A DNA stretch of 44,614 nt from Perkinsus chesapeaki ATCC PRA-425 (lineage: Eukaryota > Protista > Perkinsozoa), in the NCBI GenBank assembly GCA_013115145.1, contig JAAPAO010000269.1:1-44614 (forward strand). The letters run 5' to 3'. A model generated the notes under the pieces. It did not search any database and was not told the origin of the DNA. It was given only the letters and a program-made list of their open reading frames with translations. Below, in pieces: positions 10,269-22,834 of the stretch (positions are counted from its first letter, which is position 1; each line of letters starts with the position of its first letter). Both the position numbers and the translations under genes were made by a program.

Positions 10269-12304
10269 ATGACATCGCCTAATGTTGGTGGTGAGGTAGC
10301 CGCTGGGTCTCATGGAGAGGAAAGCACTGGGGAGGACGCAGGTGATAAATGCAAAGATATTGTACAAATGCGGCCGGCGGCCGCTTGTAGAGTTTTGTGT
10401 ATTTCCTGTTCGCTTTGGTACTGGGATTTGCCAATGTGCCAGGTGTTGTAATCGTGAACCCCCTTTCTTCGGGCACGGGTGTGGAGTGCCCATTTGGGTA
10501 TGGTGGTAGTTCGGCGGCCAAATGGGACAAAGTGGCATCTCGGCAAAAGGAGGAAGTCGATCCGAGGAATATGATGCCCAAGATGAGCCAGGAAAGAGCA
10601 GCTGATCAAACTGTAGATCTTAGTGTTCATCGAGAGGAAAGTAATTGGGGCTAGGGGCAACCTCGCTGCCCTTTGGGTAGCAAATACCCGGGCAAGCGCC
10701 CTCTACATTAAACAGTATCTGATGTGAAATGTTTTTTTCTCGCTGGTCGGACCTAAGCGCTGGAAACGTGGATATTTAAGCATTGCTAATTATTGTTATA
10801 TAACGGAGGTTCATCAGTTTGTAGCGGAGATTGTCTTGTTCGACTCGGTATGTGACTTGAATCCACCATTAAGCGGTACAGCTACGCTCATAAGTCCGTG
10901 AGTGAAAGAGATTTCTCGTTTAACGCTTTATATGCGTCACTAAGCGGCAAACACGTTGTATAATTCTAGATGTGTTTCATACTAGGCTTTACCATACCGA
11001 GCTGAAAGTCCAATATATTTTATTATCATAGTAGGCCATTCAGCTGACCAACTGCTAGGCTTTTGATTGGTGTATATTACACCATGAACCTCGCTCACAC
11101 TGAAAAGGTGTATGAGGACCGAAGTACTTCCAAACATCGCATCTGTATAACACCTGAGAAGGTTCGCCGTGGCCGTCTCGATTTGCTGTCCAGCGTTCGA
11201 TGAGGGGTATCTTTGTCGATATATCTTTTTACGAAGGTACCATACCGAAGACGGGTGCCGATGAAAATTGGGTATATCCCTCGCCCCAGCAGTTCTATCA
11301 TGCCTTGCGGTAGTAGTAGACAGTACGGCAAATGGAGCATGTTGTCTTCGTTAGACGGCGGAATAAGAGCGCTGAAGCCGAGAGCATGGATGCTGTGGTT
11401 TATATACATAACACTGTTAATGAGCGTACATGGGAGGGTATATTGGACTGGGAAAATAAACTACATCCGGAGTGCATCAATCCTTCATTGCAACGGTAAT
11501 GCGCCACGCTAGCGTCGGAACAGTCACATGGCAGCGTGGAGGTGCTGGCTGTGTGGTTGCTGGGGTGATCATACCATGGCATGGTAACCATGCATTTTAC
11601 TCCGAAAGGAACTTCAAAGTTGGTAAATAACGACATCGTGCATGACCATCTAAATAGTGATGAATGCGGACTATTAACATGGGGCTCGATGAATACAGTA
11701 CGTGATGGCTAGAAATGCGTGATAGAGGCGGGCAAAAATCTCGAGTACAGAGAACTTCGAGATGATTTATTTTCTATTGAATTCTCCATGCACTAATACC
11801 AATGGCTCGGGCTTGCGCAGCTCCGACTCGACAATTTTTGGTAAATTTCTATGCTGAACAGCGCGAGACCTAGTGTCAGTAGTGATGTACGTCACTTCTT
11901 ACATTTTAAAGGTTCTTCACTGGAGAAGCATGAAGCTTCGATGGACTGGGATTAGGGTTGTTGCACAACCCTTGTGCTTTTCAGCTTCGTCGGTCGATTT
12001 AACGATATATCTCTGAGGGCCCAATTGCACGGATGGCTCTACAGCCGGTCTCGGCCATTTGACCGGCACGATTGGTTTATCGATCGTTGTGGTGAGAAGA
12101 CGGTCCGCTATATTGTGGATTACTATGACGAGCCGACAGCACAGCAGGACGACCGAGGCTTCGACGTTGTCATCGAATCTCGTCCAGCTGCATTTGACAG
12201 TTTTGGAAATCTGTGGGACTGTGTAATACCCGATGGGGAATGGCAAGTGGAATGCGGTCGAGTAGGTACGCATGAGCATCAAACGGGTATTCAATATGGA
12301 ATGA
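10269..12304 (+). CDS. HCCS: Holocytochrome c/c1 synthase (cytochrome c heme lyase, system III); multi-exon
   Basis: CP heme motif (ECPF), DPRNMMP, REES|TIPK..NWVYPSPQQFYHAL, VYIHNTVNERTWEGILDWE, PFDRHDWFIDRCG, VRYIVDYY. Exons join in frame. Confidence 0.95.
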
Positions 12305-12407
12305 GCTCCAGTCTATTATAGTGTAGCAAATAGTGGCCTAGTTTTTCTTATCTTTCCGTTTGTTTTGTTCGCAAGCAGGGAACCCCCCGCAGTTGCTTAG
12401 TTGGCGT

Positions 12408-15063
12408 ATGTCCTCAACCGATTTGTCCGATAGCTTTGCCTCCTCTGGACTCAATGCGGCTGGCGGCTTCGGAGTTTTGCAGAAACAATGGATGCTTTAC
12501 CTTGGACTGCCATGGTAAGCTTAATCGTAACTTCGCGTGCTTGATCCTGTCCATTATATAACCCTTTATGGTTCAGGGCCGTCGCTGGCATGCAAGCGAT
12601 GATATATGTATTCGTGGCCACCCAGCCAGTAACACTAGTATCAGTTTGCACTCTGGAGACGGCTGAGCTTGGATGTCGTCCACATCCGATAGATGTCTGC
12701 CCAGAGGACCCTAGCCTTTACGAGTTCGCTGGTGACATCTACAAGTCAGTCGTAAGTGAATTTGGCCTTGCCTGTGAGAATAGGTAATATGTGGCTCGGG
12801 TGAGAATGCACCCGCTTCATCAGCTCTTGGGCAACTGCACTGCAATCGGAGATGTTTTTCGGTTTTCTATTGGGCGTCTGGGGCATCGGCTGGCTCGGTG
12901 ATCATGTCGGCCGGAAGCCGGCCCTTTGGATCAGCGCCATCATTACCCAGGTGTTCGGCCTCCTCTCTGTCGCAGCGCCTTCTTACCTTGCGTAAGGCTT
13001 TTGCCCCAGTAAACCAACCTAGTAGCCGTGGTCTCTCAGATATGCAATCTCTCGGTTCGGAGTAGGCGTCGGCGTGGGCGGTATTGGCCTGTCCAGCTAC
13101 GTCTTGGCAGCGGAGGCCACCGCCCCCGAATGGAGGAGTCTCATGTCTATGGCTTCCAATTCGATATTTGCACTTGGTGAGTGTGGTGTAAAATTGTATT
13201 GCCAAATGTTATTTGTTCACTGGCTCTTTATTCATATTCGTTTCCGTGGCATAGCTTTGTTCGGCAACACCCTTCTCAGCCACCTTGTGCGAAACTGGAA
13301 GATAGGGCGCTGAACCTGGCTGCCGAACGCATTATTGGTCAACTACCGTTACGTCTCCCCCCTCAGGTATAGTAGCGGTATCCGGTATGGCTGCAATACC
13401 CAACATACATTGGAGGATGCTGTCATTTGGGGTAACCCATGGCTCCGCCGCATGAATAATGGATGATCGGACACCCTCAGGTTTGGATACTTAGTTGGGC
13501 ATGCATCCTGCCAGCATTGTTGCTGACTCGCTTGCTGGAGTCACCAATCTGGCTGGAAGCGCAGGGCCGTCATGGCGAGGCTGAGGCGGCGCTCCGACGG
13601 ATCGCGACAGTCAATAACAGGCAGTCTGAATTTCATACCTTCTTGGAGAAATGGGACCGAAAGTACCTCACGCCCCCCGCCATCTGGTGGAGCTATTTCT
13701 CTCAGACACATGCCTGTCGATAACAATGCCTATGCGATAGAGGATGGTGAAGTTGATCTGCCACCGGCTCCAGTTGACGAGGCCAAGGAAAGCCTTTGGG
13801 GATTAATGCTTACCAAAAATTGGAATATAATACAGGAATTTATGGCGGTGATGGTGGCAGCTTGGTAAGTTGTTATTTCCGCTGGCCTTTCCCAAATGCT
13901 ATTCTTCAAAGGTTCGCCTCTAGCCTCGGCTACTATGGTCTGTCTATGAATGTTGGACATCTTGGTGGATCGATATATATTAATTCTATACTGTGCGCAC
14001 TGGTAAGGGCTTGACTTGTAGAGTCAGTTCAAGTGCCATTTGTAAAATACAGTGCAGTGCTTTGGATGTGGAAGAGGCGTTGACAAAGCTAGATCAACGC
14101 GTGCCTAAGGGATTTCTCTCTGTTCGCCGAAACCTTCGCGTTGGTCGCGTTGGATGTTACCCATCACTTGGTGTTACGGAGCTAGCTCACTCTACGTTTA
14201 CTGAACATCACCACGACAGTATCACATTTCCTTATATCAGGTTGAAATACCATCTTATGTAATGATGTATTTAATGGTGGATAACAGTATAACCGGCAGA
14301 AGGCTGAGTCTGTGAGTCGCGGCTCTAATACTATCTACATCAGCTTATCCCTCTTAGTGTAATCTATCTCATCGCTGGTGGTATCTCCTGTATTGTCTGC
14401 CCATTCGTATCATATCCACATTGGCTTTACCTCACCATAGCTCTTCTTGGAAAGTTCTTCATCTCGGCCGCGTTTGGTGTTTGCTACATGTAAGCTCCTG
14501 TTTGCCTTTCATTCTTATTATTATTTCCTTCAGTTATGGTGCTGAGCTATTCCCTACTAGCATCCGAAGCTCGGCTTTGGGTATCCAATCTTTATCAGCT
14601 CGTATAGCTGGTATTCTCTCTCCCCTTATCCCTCCACTTGGCGATGTTTGGTTTCCTCTTCCCAACTTGGTAACATTCTTCCCTTATTATTCATAACAGT
14701 ATATTCATTCAGATATTTGGTATTCCATGCCTAGTTGCCGGCGGTCTTATTTGGCGGTTTCTGCCAGAGACCTTCGGACGGAGGCTCCCCACCACGGTCG
14801 AGGATGTCAGAGCTCTTCGTTTCCCTTCTGATCTTGATTCTCGTCCTGGCCATGGCCAAAGCAGCAAATACGAGCGGCCGCTTGAGGAGTAATTCGTCTC
14901 TCTCTTCACTAATATCAGAATCATCTCCGTTGCCAGGTTCGATGCTTCCGACACTTCCTCCTCTGACGGTTCTGATGCTCATAAAGCTGGCGATGACAGC
15001 GGTCGAGCCAAAACTCTGCGTGACATCTTCGGCACCGAGTTCACTCCTCGTGCAAATGAATGA
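12408..15063 (+). CDS. SLC22/organic cation transporter-like MFS transporter, copy 1 (multi-exon)
   Basis: GGFGVLQ, CxxxxCxE loop (CRPHPIDVCPED, GLACEN), WLGDHVGRKP, LAAEATAPEWR, LESPIWLE, ELFPTSIRSSALG and LPETFGRRLP. A final exon at 14937-15063 follows a 48-nt intron and adds an acidic Ser-rich tail. Confidence 0.9.
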
Positions 15064-15776
15064 TCGTTTCTCACTATCCCATTTTTTAATTCATTGTAGT
15101 CCGCCAATATATCCTTCTGCGTTGTGTAACCTTTGATTTGTTAACTACGTGGGGTTCCTCTTGAATTCACCGGTGTCCTTCCGCCGAGTGGCAAAGCTGA
15201 TAGCAGGGAAAGGACTTGGGGCAAGATAATGCAACTCTACTAATCATCGCGAACCGTCAGCGTATTAGGCGAGTGCAGTGTTCTACACCTACGCCCAAAT
15301 AGAGGAACCAACTAACATGGTTGTGTGAGCGATCATGTTACTTAGCTCTCCGGCCGTTTCCCCCTCAATGATGATGGGACCACCAAAAGCGCTACAGCTT
15401 GCCTCTCGACTGCCCACCGTAGCACACAATGTTTCATGTATCCAATATGAGTCCTTCGCTTGTCGCTTCTGCCATCCTGACATAGTAGTTTCGGTATATC
15501 ACGCTCGCGGAGATACATTTCAAGCATTCTACCTAAAAGGTCTTTAAGGGGGAGTAGGAAATTTAGTGATCCAGCGATTTAATATTTACTGTTTTGTTTT
15601 TGACCGACCCTACCAGAGAGGCTTTTTACACTTTGATTCTGCTCATCTCAAGCGTTCATCCATTCTGTGCCAGTACAGTTGACAGTTATTTCTAGAAGGG
15701 TCAAGTAGTCGCCGAAATATCAGAAAAACAGTTTGAGATTAAGAATATCCTCCAGACTTAGTCGACGAATCAATTC

Positions 15777-18334
15777 ATGTCCGAGAGTTTCGCATCCTCG
15801 GGTATCAATGCAGCTGGTGGATTTGGGCCTTTGCAAAGGCAGTGGATGGTTTATCTCGGATTGCCATGGTGGGCAGCTCCTTGCTTTCAACACTTCCGTT
15901 ATTTTTTCTTGGCTAGGGCCGTCGTAGGCATGCAAGCGATGATATATGTATTCGTGGCTACCCAGCCAGTAACACTAGTATCAGTTTGCACTCTGGAGAC
16001 GGCTGAGCTTGGATGTCGTCCACATCCGATAGATGTCTGCCCAGAGGACCCTAGCCTTTACGAAGTTGGAGGCGACATATATGAATCGGTTGTCAGTGAA
16101 TTCGGCCTTGCCTGCGAAAAAAGGTGGGCTTATCCTCAGTCCAGAGAGTTGCCAACCTCTCTGTTAGCTCCTGGGCAACTGCACTGCAATCGGAGATGTT
16201 CTTCGGTTTTCTAGTAGGCGTCTGGGTCATGGGATGGCTAAGTGATGAAGTCGGACGCAAGCCCACCCTATGGATCAGCGCCATCATTACTCAAGGCTTT
16301 GGTCTCCTCTCTGCCATAGCACCTTCGTATCTTGCGTAACATCCCTGCCGCGCACAAACATTGAAAGCGTATCAGGTATGCAATATCTCGATTTGGTGTC
16401 GGTCTTGGCGTGGGCGGCATAGGTCTCGCCAGCTATGTCTTGGCAGCCGAGGCCACCGCGCCGGAGTGGCGGAGTGTTATGTCCGCGGCTTCTAATTCAA
16501 TATTCTCCTTTGGTGAGTTTAGGACTGCCAGTTTCTGTGATGCTTATAAATGCCCGGCAGCCGCTGCGATATTTCGGCAAGTCAATGTCGTGGCGTGTGG
16601 CTGATGGGGGGCTGCGTTCTTGCTGGCTATCGGCGATACCTTCCACAGCAGCCTTCCTCCGTTCTGAATCGAAAGCTCTCATAATTCGGCAGCCAATCCG
16701 GGGGATACTGATTGCCGGAGCAGCTTCATCGCTAAGCTGCTACTTGTTACCGTGAAAACCTCAGGTATAGTAATAGTGTCGGTTATGGCAGCCATACCCA
16801 ACATACACTGGAGGGCTCTGTCGCTTGCAGTGAGCATCAGTCCTTCTATCACCTTCCGACTCATTGATCGGCCCCCCCCCCTCAGGTTTGGATACTCAGT
16901 TGGGCATGCATTCTGCCAGCGTTGTTGCTTACACGCTTTTTGGAGTCACCAATCTGGCTGGAAGCTCAAAGGCGCCGTGACAAGACTGAGGCAGCACTTA
17001 GACGGATTGCCTTAGTCAATAACAGACATGCCGAGTTCGACGCATTCGTACAAAAATGGGAGAAAAAGTACCGCACGTCTCAGCCTCTTCGTGGATGTTA
17101 TTCCCTACAGGCATATGTCCAATGAGAATATGTCTTTTGCGATTGAAGATGGCAGTAGTGGTGGTAACGCTGCTGTAATGCCTTTAATTGAAGAGACGAA
17201 GGAAAGCCTTTGGGGATTACTATTGACCAGAAACTGGCGGATTATACAACAGTTTATGACAGTCATGGTGATCGCTTGGTAAAAGCTCGTCAAGCTGGCT
17301 CTTCCCAAATGCTATTTTTTGAAGGTTCGCCTCTAGCCTCGGCTACTATGGTCTGTCTATGAATGTTGGACATCTTGGTGGATCGATATATATTAATTCT
17401 ATACTGTGCGCACTGGTAAGATAAGCGTTCAGCTCGTGTTCATACGTGTAGCTCCAACAGCAGCCGAAGCGTATTGTCGTGGCCGTTTAGCTTGAAGCCC
17501 ATAAATGCCGAACTCACTTAATAACCCTCGAGTTGTTAAGGACCCGTTAGTAGAAATCTTCGATCGTTCTAATTGACGCTTCTTTGTTTGACTTTTCCGG
17601 AAGTATTGCTATTGCAACTATATTTCGAGTGCTTCACGCTAATTCTCCCAACCCATCAAAAGTAGGCGTGTGGTATTGTAAGCTCATATTTCCTGCCTCT
17701 GTTATTTATCAGGTTGATATACCATCTTATGTAATGATGTATTTAATGGTGGATAACAGTATAACCGGCAGAAGGCTGAGTCTGTGAGTCGCGGCTCTAA
17801 TACTATCTACATCAGCTTATCCCTCTTAGTGTAATCTATCTCATCGCTGGTGGTATCTCCTGTATTGTCTGCCCATTCGTATCATATCCACATTGGCTTT
17901 ACCTCACCATAGCTCTTCTTGGAAAGTTCTTCATCTCGGCCGCGTTTGGTGTTTGCTACATGTAAGCTCCTGTTTGCCTTTCATTCTTATTGTTATTTCC
18001 TTCAGTTATGGTGCTGAGCTATTCCCTACTAGCATCCGAAGCTCGGCTTTGGGTATCCAATCTTTATCAGCTCGTATAGCTGGTATACTCTCTCCCCTCA
18101 TCCCTCCACTTGGCGATGTTTGGTTTCCTCTTCCCAACTTGGTAACATTCTTCCCTTGTTATTCATAACAGTATATTCATTCAGATATTTGGTATTCCAT
18201 GCCTAGTTGCCGGCGGTCTTATTTGGCGGTTTCTGCCAGAGACCTTCGGACGGAGGCTCCCCACCACGGTCGAGGATGTCAGAGCTCTTCGTTACCTTTC
18301 CGAAGGAAGTCCACATCCAATTAAAGCAGCATGA
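15777..18334 (+). CDS. SLC22/organic cation transporter-like MFS transporter, copy 2 (tandem paralogue)
   Basis: Same exon structure and motifs as copy 1 (GGFGPLQ, WLSDEVGRKP, LESPIWLE, ELFPTSIRSSALG, LPETFGRRLP). Short C-tail YLSEGSPHPIKAA*. Confidence 0.9.
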
Positions 18335-18807
18335 CCAGTCGCTAGAGTCCATGCATTTCTCCCGTTGGTAACCGGTCACTTTGAGTTTCTGTGTTTGAGT
18401 AACATGCCATTCGTTATGAGCCACACCTTAATGGAGTTACCCCGATACTCGATAGCCCTCACACCATAAAAAGGAACTTAACCTCTCGAGGAACATCCGT
18501 CGAGTTCAAACTGTTCGTCATCGGCATTTTTGGCGGGCGAGATTTATTACGCGCTTAGCGGAGCGAAGTGTTGCACGTTTGTAAGATTTTGTTTGGTCGA
18601 CGAAAGCATTCAGTTCTTCAATGTCGCACGCATCCCTCTATGAGCCATGCTGTGCGGCAACACTATACGAGGATGACATGAATACTTGCCGTAGTGGAGG
18701 CCCACCAATGACAGCTTATCTTGGGGGCAGAAACGATTATATCTGTTCGACGGCCAGGTATTACGCCGCTAATTTCCTGGCGAGTGACGTAATCGTACCG
18801 TGTCAGA

Positions 18808-19892
18808 ATGTCCGATAAGCGTAGGGAACCTCTGACTTTAGTGGAGCATAAACGAGGCTTAAGTCAAGACTCAACGGCCCACCGTCGCCGCTCAGTAGGG
18901 AATTTGATCCGCTTTTACCAGATAGGAGTTACGTCTCAGGATGGGGCCAATCGAGTGACACCGAGATCGGGCGCTGGTACGCCAAGGAGATCGACGAAAC
19001 CTTTGGTGGATAAGTTGGATCTTGACAGTGCTGACCGGAAGGGTGAAGGGTGGTACATGGAGCCAAGGAGGTCCATTAAGGAGTCAAATCATATACACCG
19101 ACAAACCATTTCACCGCGGAACAGAACCACACAGCACCTAGGCGAATCCGACGGCAGCTCCTCGGGTAAGCAAAACATCGACCTCCTGTATTTGAGTCGT
19201 TGCCAGCCTCATTCCACGGTTCGGAGGACCGTCCGTCAACTGCTGAAGGCAGATCAATAAGAGGGTCTGCCTACACCCCAGCGTCGTCCCTATTGGGATC
19301 AGGGCATTGCTATCGGCGAAGTCGATCTCCATTGAGGAGGCCACAGGCCCCGCCTTCGCTCGGACGCTCTGTGGAGTTTCGAAAAGATACGAGCGAGGAG
19401 GAACAACGACGGGGATCGGAACCGGAACTCCCCAAGTTATCCGCGGAAAGGTCTCAAAGGCCGCCAACTCGAGAGACTGTCGCGAAGGTATGATTCGTCT
19501 CATTACGGACTAAGTGTATATCAACCTTAGGTCGATGAGGATGCCCCCTGCCTGCCAGCGCGGTCAAGATCCCTCTCAGCTCCACGCCAAGGACAGTATC
19601 GCCCATCCACCAGCATTACACCTACCGACCTTCTTCGAGCATCGAGGAGTCTTTTGCTGCCGTACTCGCCTTCGACTCCGCAAACATCGGTAGCCAAGAG
19701 GCCTCAGGTAGCCGTATACGATTGTGCGGCGAAGGGGACTGCTGGTTTCAGGTGTATGCCAACTCGGCGCCTCATTCTTACTTTCGGAGCCTTCCCGGTC
19801 TTGACAGCTTGCCCATAGCACGAGCACTGCCATTTGGCAGCTACACTTGGGGCAGAGGAGCGTCTATGTCAATGAGAGGTGGTGTTGTATAA
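18808..19892 (+). CDS. Low-complexity Ser/Arg/Pro-rich hypothetical protein (probably disordered), multi-exon
   Basis: ORFs 18808-19260 and 19200-19493 plus downstream exons join via short GT-AG introns (GSSS|ASFHGSED; ETVAK|VDEDAP; RPQ|VYANSAP..GGVV*). Confidence 0.55.
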
Positions 19893-20864
19893 TGGCATGC
19901 TCTTCATTATTTGGATCATCGATGTGTTCATCTTTCATCTTTATTGAGTTGAACCGTCTCTGAGATGTGAAAATAAATACCTCTTCCGAAACCAGCGAAA
20001 TTATAAAGTATGGACACAAAGTTGATGAACGATCAAGTGCGGCTAGAGGAAGTAGAATCGATAATGTCATCCGTGATGAAAGTTACCCAGAAGTAACGCA
20101 CGCCTTAATGACGATTAATGTCCCTGATAATCCAGCCCAGCAGTAGCTCATTTCTAGCATTTCGGCAGCTTAAGCGATTCCTCTGTACAGAGCAACTACA
20201 CACATCCGAGCAGTATGGAACTGCCAGTCAGCCGAGATTGACAAGGTTCATGAAATTTGAAATTCCTAATATCGAATGATAATATCGACTATGCAACGAC
20301 GAGCGTCCAGTCTCACAACCGGCTCCTTCCACAATGTCACTTTGGGACACTCCCAACGTGTCTATCCCGTCTCACTGCGAGAATAGTACAAATTGATGTG
20401 CCCGGAAACTGTAGCGGTTTAGAATTGGTCAGTGATCGTATATGTGGTGTGTCGTATCAGATATTAACATCACTTGATTCTAATCGATTTTTGAGGTCTT
20501 CCAAGAATCGGATAGTTCAGAAATCGTATGGCTCTTGTTGAGGAGACATTTTTCAGAGCGAAGGGCTTGGCAATGACGTTGCCTGACAAGCGAGCATTCA
20601 ACAATCTTGAAAATATAATAATAACCATCATACCTCATTTATTTTTAGTCCACGGCACAGAAGTACATCGCCACAGAAACTGATTGACGCTCCATTAGAG
20701 CGAATTATCAATAGAACTCGCAGCAGTATTGTCCCACCAATGTTGTCCCAAAGAAGGCGGATTCCAGGGAGGAATTGACGCATGCGTGCCGCAATATGGT
20801 TAAGAGAAATTGATAATTCCACATCATTTGAACACCTAGTTGATTCTACTTCGTCATAGTTTAC

Positions 20865-21602
20865 ATGGTTCTCTCCTATACTTGGTCAGTGATAACTGCG
20901 CAAATATTGGTCACAACCTTCGCCCAACCACGAGCTCTTTATGTCTACATCCACCCGGACTATGATTTCAGTCTCCTGTTCCACATCTCTGACGTGGTTT
21001 CTTTCTCCTTTTTTACTCGATCCGCTGCTGATGGCGGATTTGCGTATTACTCGGATCACGAGGCCCAACTTACCCAACAAGGCCCAAATGTATATACCTT
21101 CGATTCGTCCACTGTGAACAAATGGTACAACGGTATACATGATCCTGGGTTTTGGTACAACGCCAGCATCCGAAATGGCGACTTGACTACCCTAACGTTC
21201 ACCAGTGGTGCCTCCTTACGTGTCACTTTTGAAGGTCGAGAATATGATCTGGTCAACCGAGGAATCTCACTACAAGCGGGTCGCTTCGCTTACCAAGGAG
21301 AACGCTCTAGTGGTGTGAGTATGGTTTTCGAGGTTCAAGAGGAAAGCAGCAGTGCTACATTGGAGCTTTCGTGTGGTCGTGTAGCCGTGCCCCCCGCATC
21401 CTTCAATCTCGTTGAGAAAAACGTGTTATGGGTCAGGTCTTATGCCTTGACTCCCCGTAATAGAGCCGCTTCTTCATTCACGAGGCTTGTCCGCCGTCGG
21501 TGTCCGCAGCTTGGTGGGAACCTTGGTGACGTTGTATTCACGTCGGAGTCAAGTCTTTACCTTCCTCTGGGAGGAGGGCACTTCGAATTGACAGCTAGGT
21601 GA
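20865..21602 (+). CDS. Intronless putative secreted protein with two internally repeated beta-rich domains (lineage-specific type)
   Basis: 245-aa uninterrupted ORF with a hydrophobic N-terminus. Internal similarity GDLTTLTFTSGASLRVTFEGREYDL vs GNLGDVVFTSESSLYLPLGGGHFEL. Confidence 0.7.
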   Translation: MVLSYTWSVITAQILVTTFAQPRALYVYIHPDYDFSLLFHISDVVSFSFFTRSAADGGFAYYSDHEAQLTQQGPNVYTFDSSTVNKWYNGIHDPGFWYNASIRNGDLTTLTFTSGASLRVTFEGREYDLVNRGISLQAGRFAYQGERSSGVSMVFEVQEESSSATLELSCGRVAVPPASFNLVEKNVLWVRSYALTPRNRAASSFTRLVRRRCPQLGGNLGDVVFTSESSLYLPLGGGHFELTAR

Positions 21603-22834
21603 TTCACAAAATGTGAACAATTTGCTTAGCGATGCTCTCAATAACCAATCCCGTGAAGGGAACTTTTGCTAGTAGGCCACTAGCAGTAGCCATTTTGTAT
21701 TGCCGCATCTTACCTCATTAGAAATCCGAGTTCGCTCAAGCGGATTTATGGTATTTCTCGATGTCCCAATTGTGTAATGTTGTCAATAAACATGTGTCAC
21801 AAATTTTGCTTCAGGCTCGGTTTCTCCTTGTTCAAAGACGGAATACTTCTAGTTTCCTTGGTGAGCACTGTCCGTGTCACTCATTGTCGTATCAACACTA
21901 GACACTTACTAGTTACCGCTCAGTGAATAGCCGACGAAGGAGCCCTTGGATGGAGCAACGGCTGCAGTTTGCATAGCACATTCACAGCTGGATTTGTTCG
22001 CAGAAGTGGAGTTCGAGGATGGAGATAAAGAAGAGGTATGATAATTACTATGATCAAAGTTCAAACTGCAAGTAGCTCCGGACTGGAAAGCGTTGATTGG
22101 AACGGCTGACTTGTTTCATGAGCTTATGACCACAAAAATGCTACCAAATGAAGGGCTGCGAGCATCTTAGGGAAGATCACGAAAGATTTCGGACACTTGC
22201 TATCAGAAAAAAGGCTCAGCACTATGACTAAATAGTCAGTTCGGTCTTGGAATTGGAAGACAATCAACGGCGTGGATTCAACGCGAGGAGGTATGACTAG
22301 ACTAGACAGGAGCAAGATGAATCCTGTTGAATCAAATGCTTCCGTAGCACGTGCAGCAACACTCGGGGCAGATCAGCTGTGTCAATGAAGGTATGGCACC
22401 TTATGGATCACCGCTGTGTTTATTTTTTATTTCTATTGAGTTGAACCGTCTCTGAGACTTGAAGATAGAGATCAGCTTCTTGGGGTCTTCGGAGATCATC
22501 ATCGGAAGTATGCCATCCTTAATGGAGGTTCCCTATCTCTGGGAGTCATTCTCAAAAATTTACGACATTCAAACACACTGTTGTCGATCATATCTATTTT
22601 CGCAGTGCATTTGGCCGAGACCCAAGCCCAGCGACTATTTAACACAATACGATCGGTATGCGTCACACAGTATACCATACAAGTATCATCATTATCGCTA
22701 CTACCAATAGCGGCGATTATGATTGTTGGTATAAACTATAAATAGTAACTAGAAACTGAAAATCATACGGAGTATAAACATTATCCCGTATAGGGACTAG
22801 GAGAAGGGGTAGACAGTGGTGGGAAAGTATTCAT

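Noticed and set aside
11655-11860. Possible C/D-box snoRNA (GTGATGA..CTGA) in the heme lyase intron
   Set aside because: The boxes are about 200 nt apart, with no terminal stem or recognisable rRNA guide.
20257-20822. Minus-strand exon-like ORFs upstream of the SQRRFNSI segment
   Set aside because: I could not build a consistent spliced model or recognise a domain.
21686-21697. 12-nt match GTAGCCATTTTG to the dinoflagellate-type spliced leader
   Set aside because: It lies downstream of the ORF with no following gene or SL-RNA structure. A short match like this is plausible by chance.
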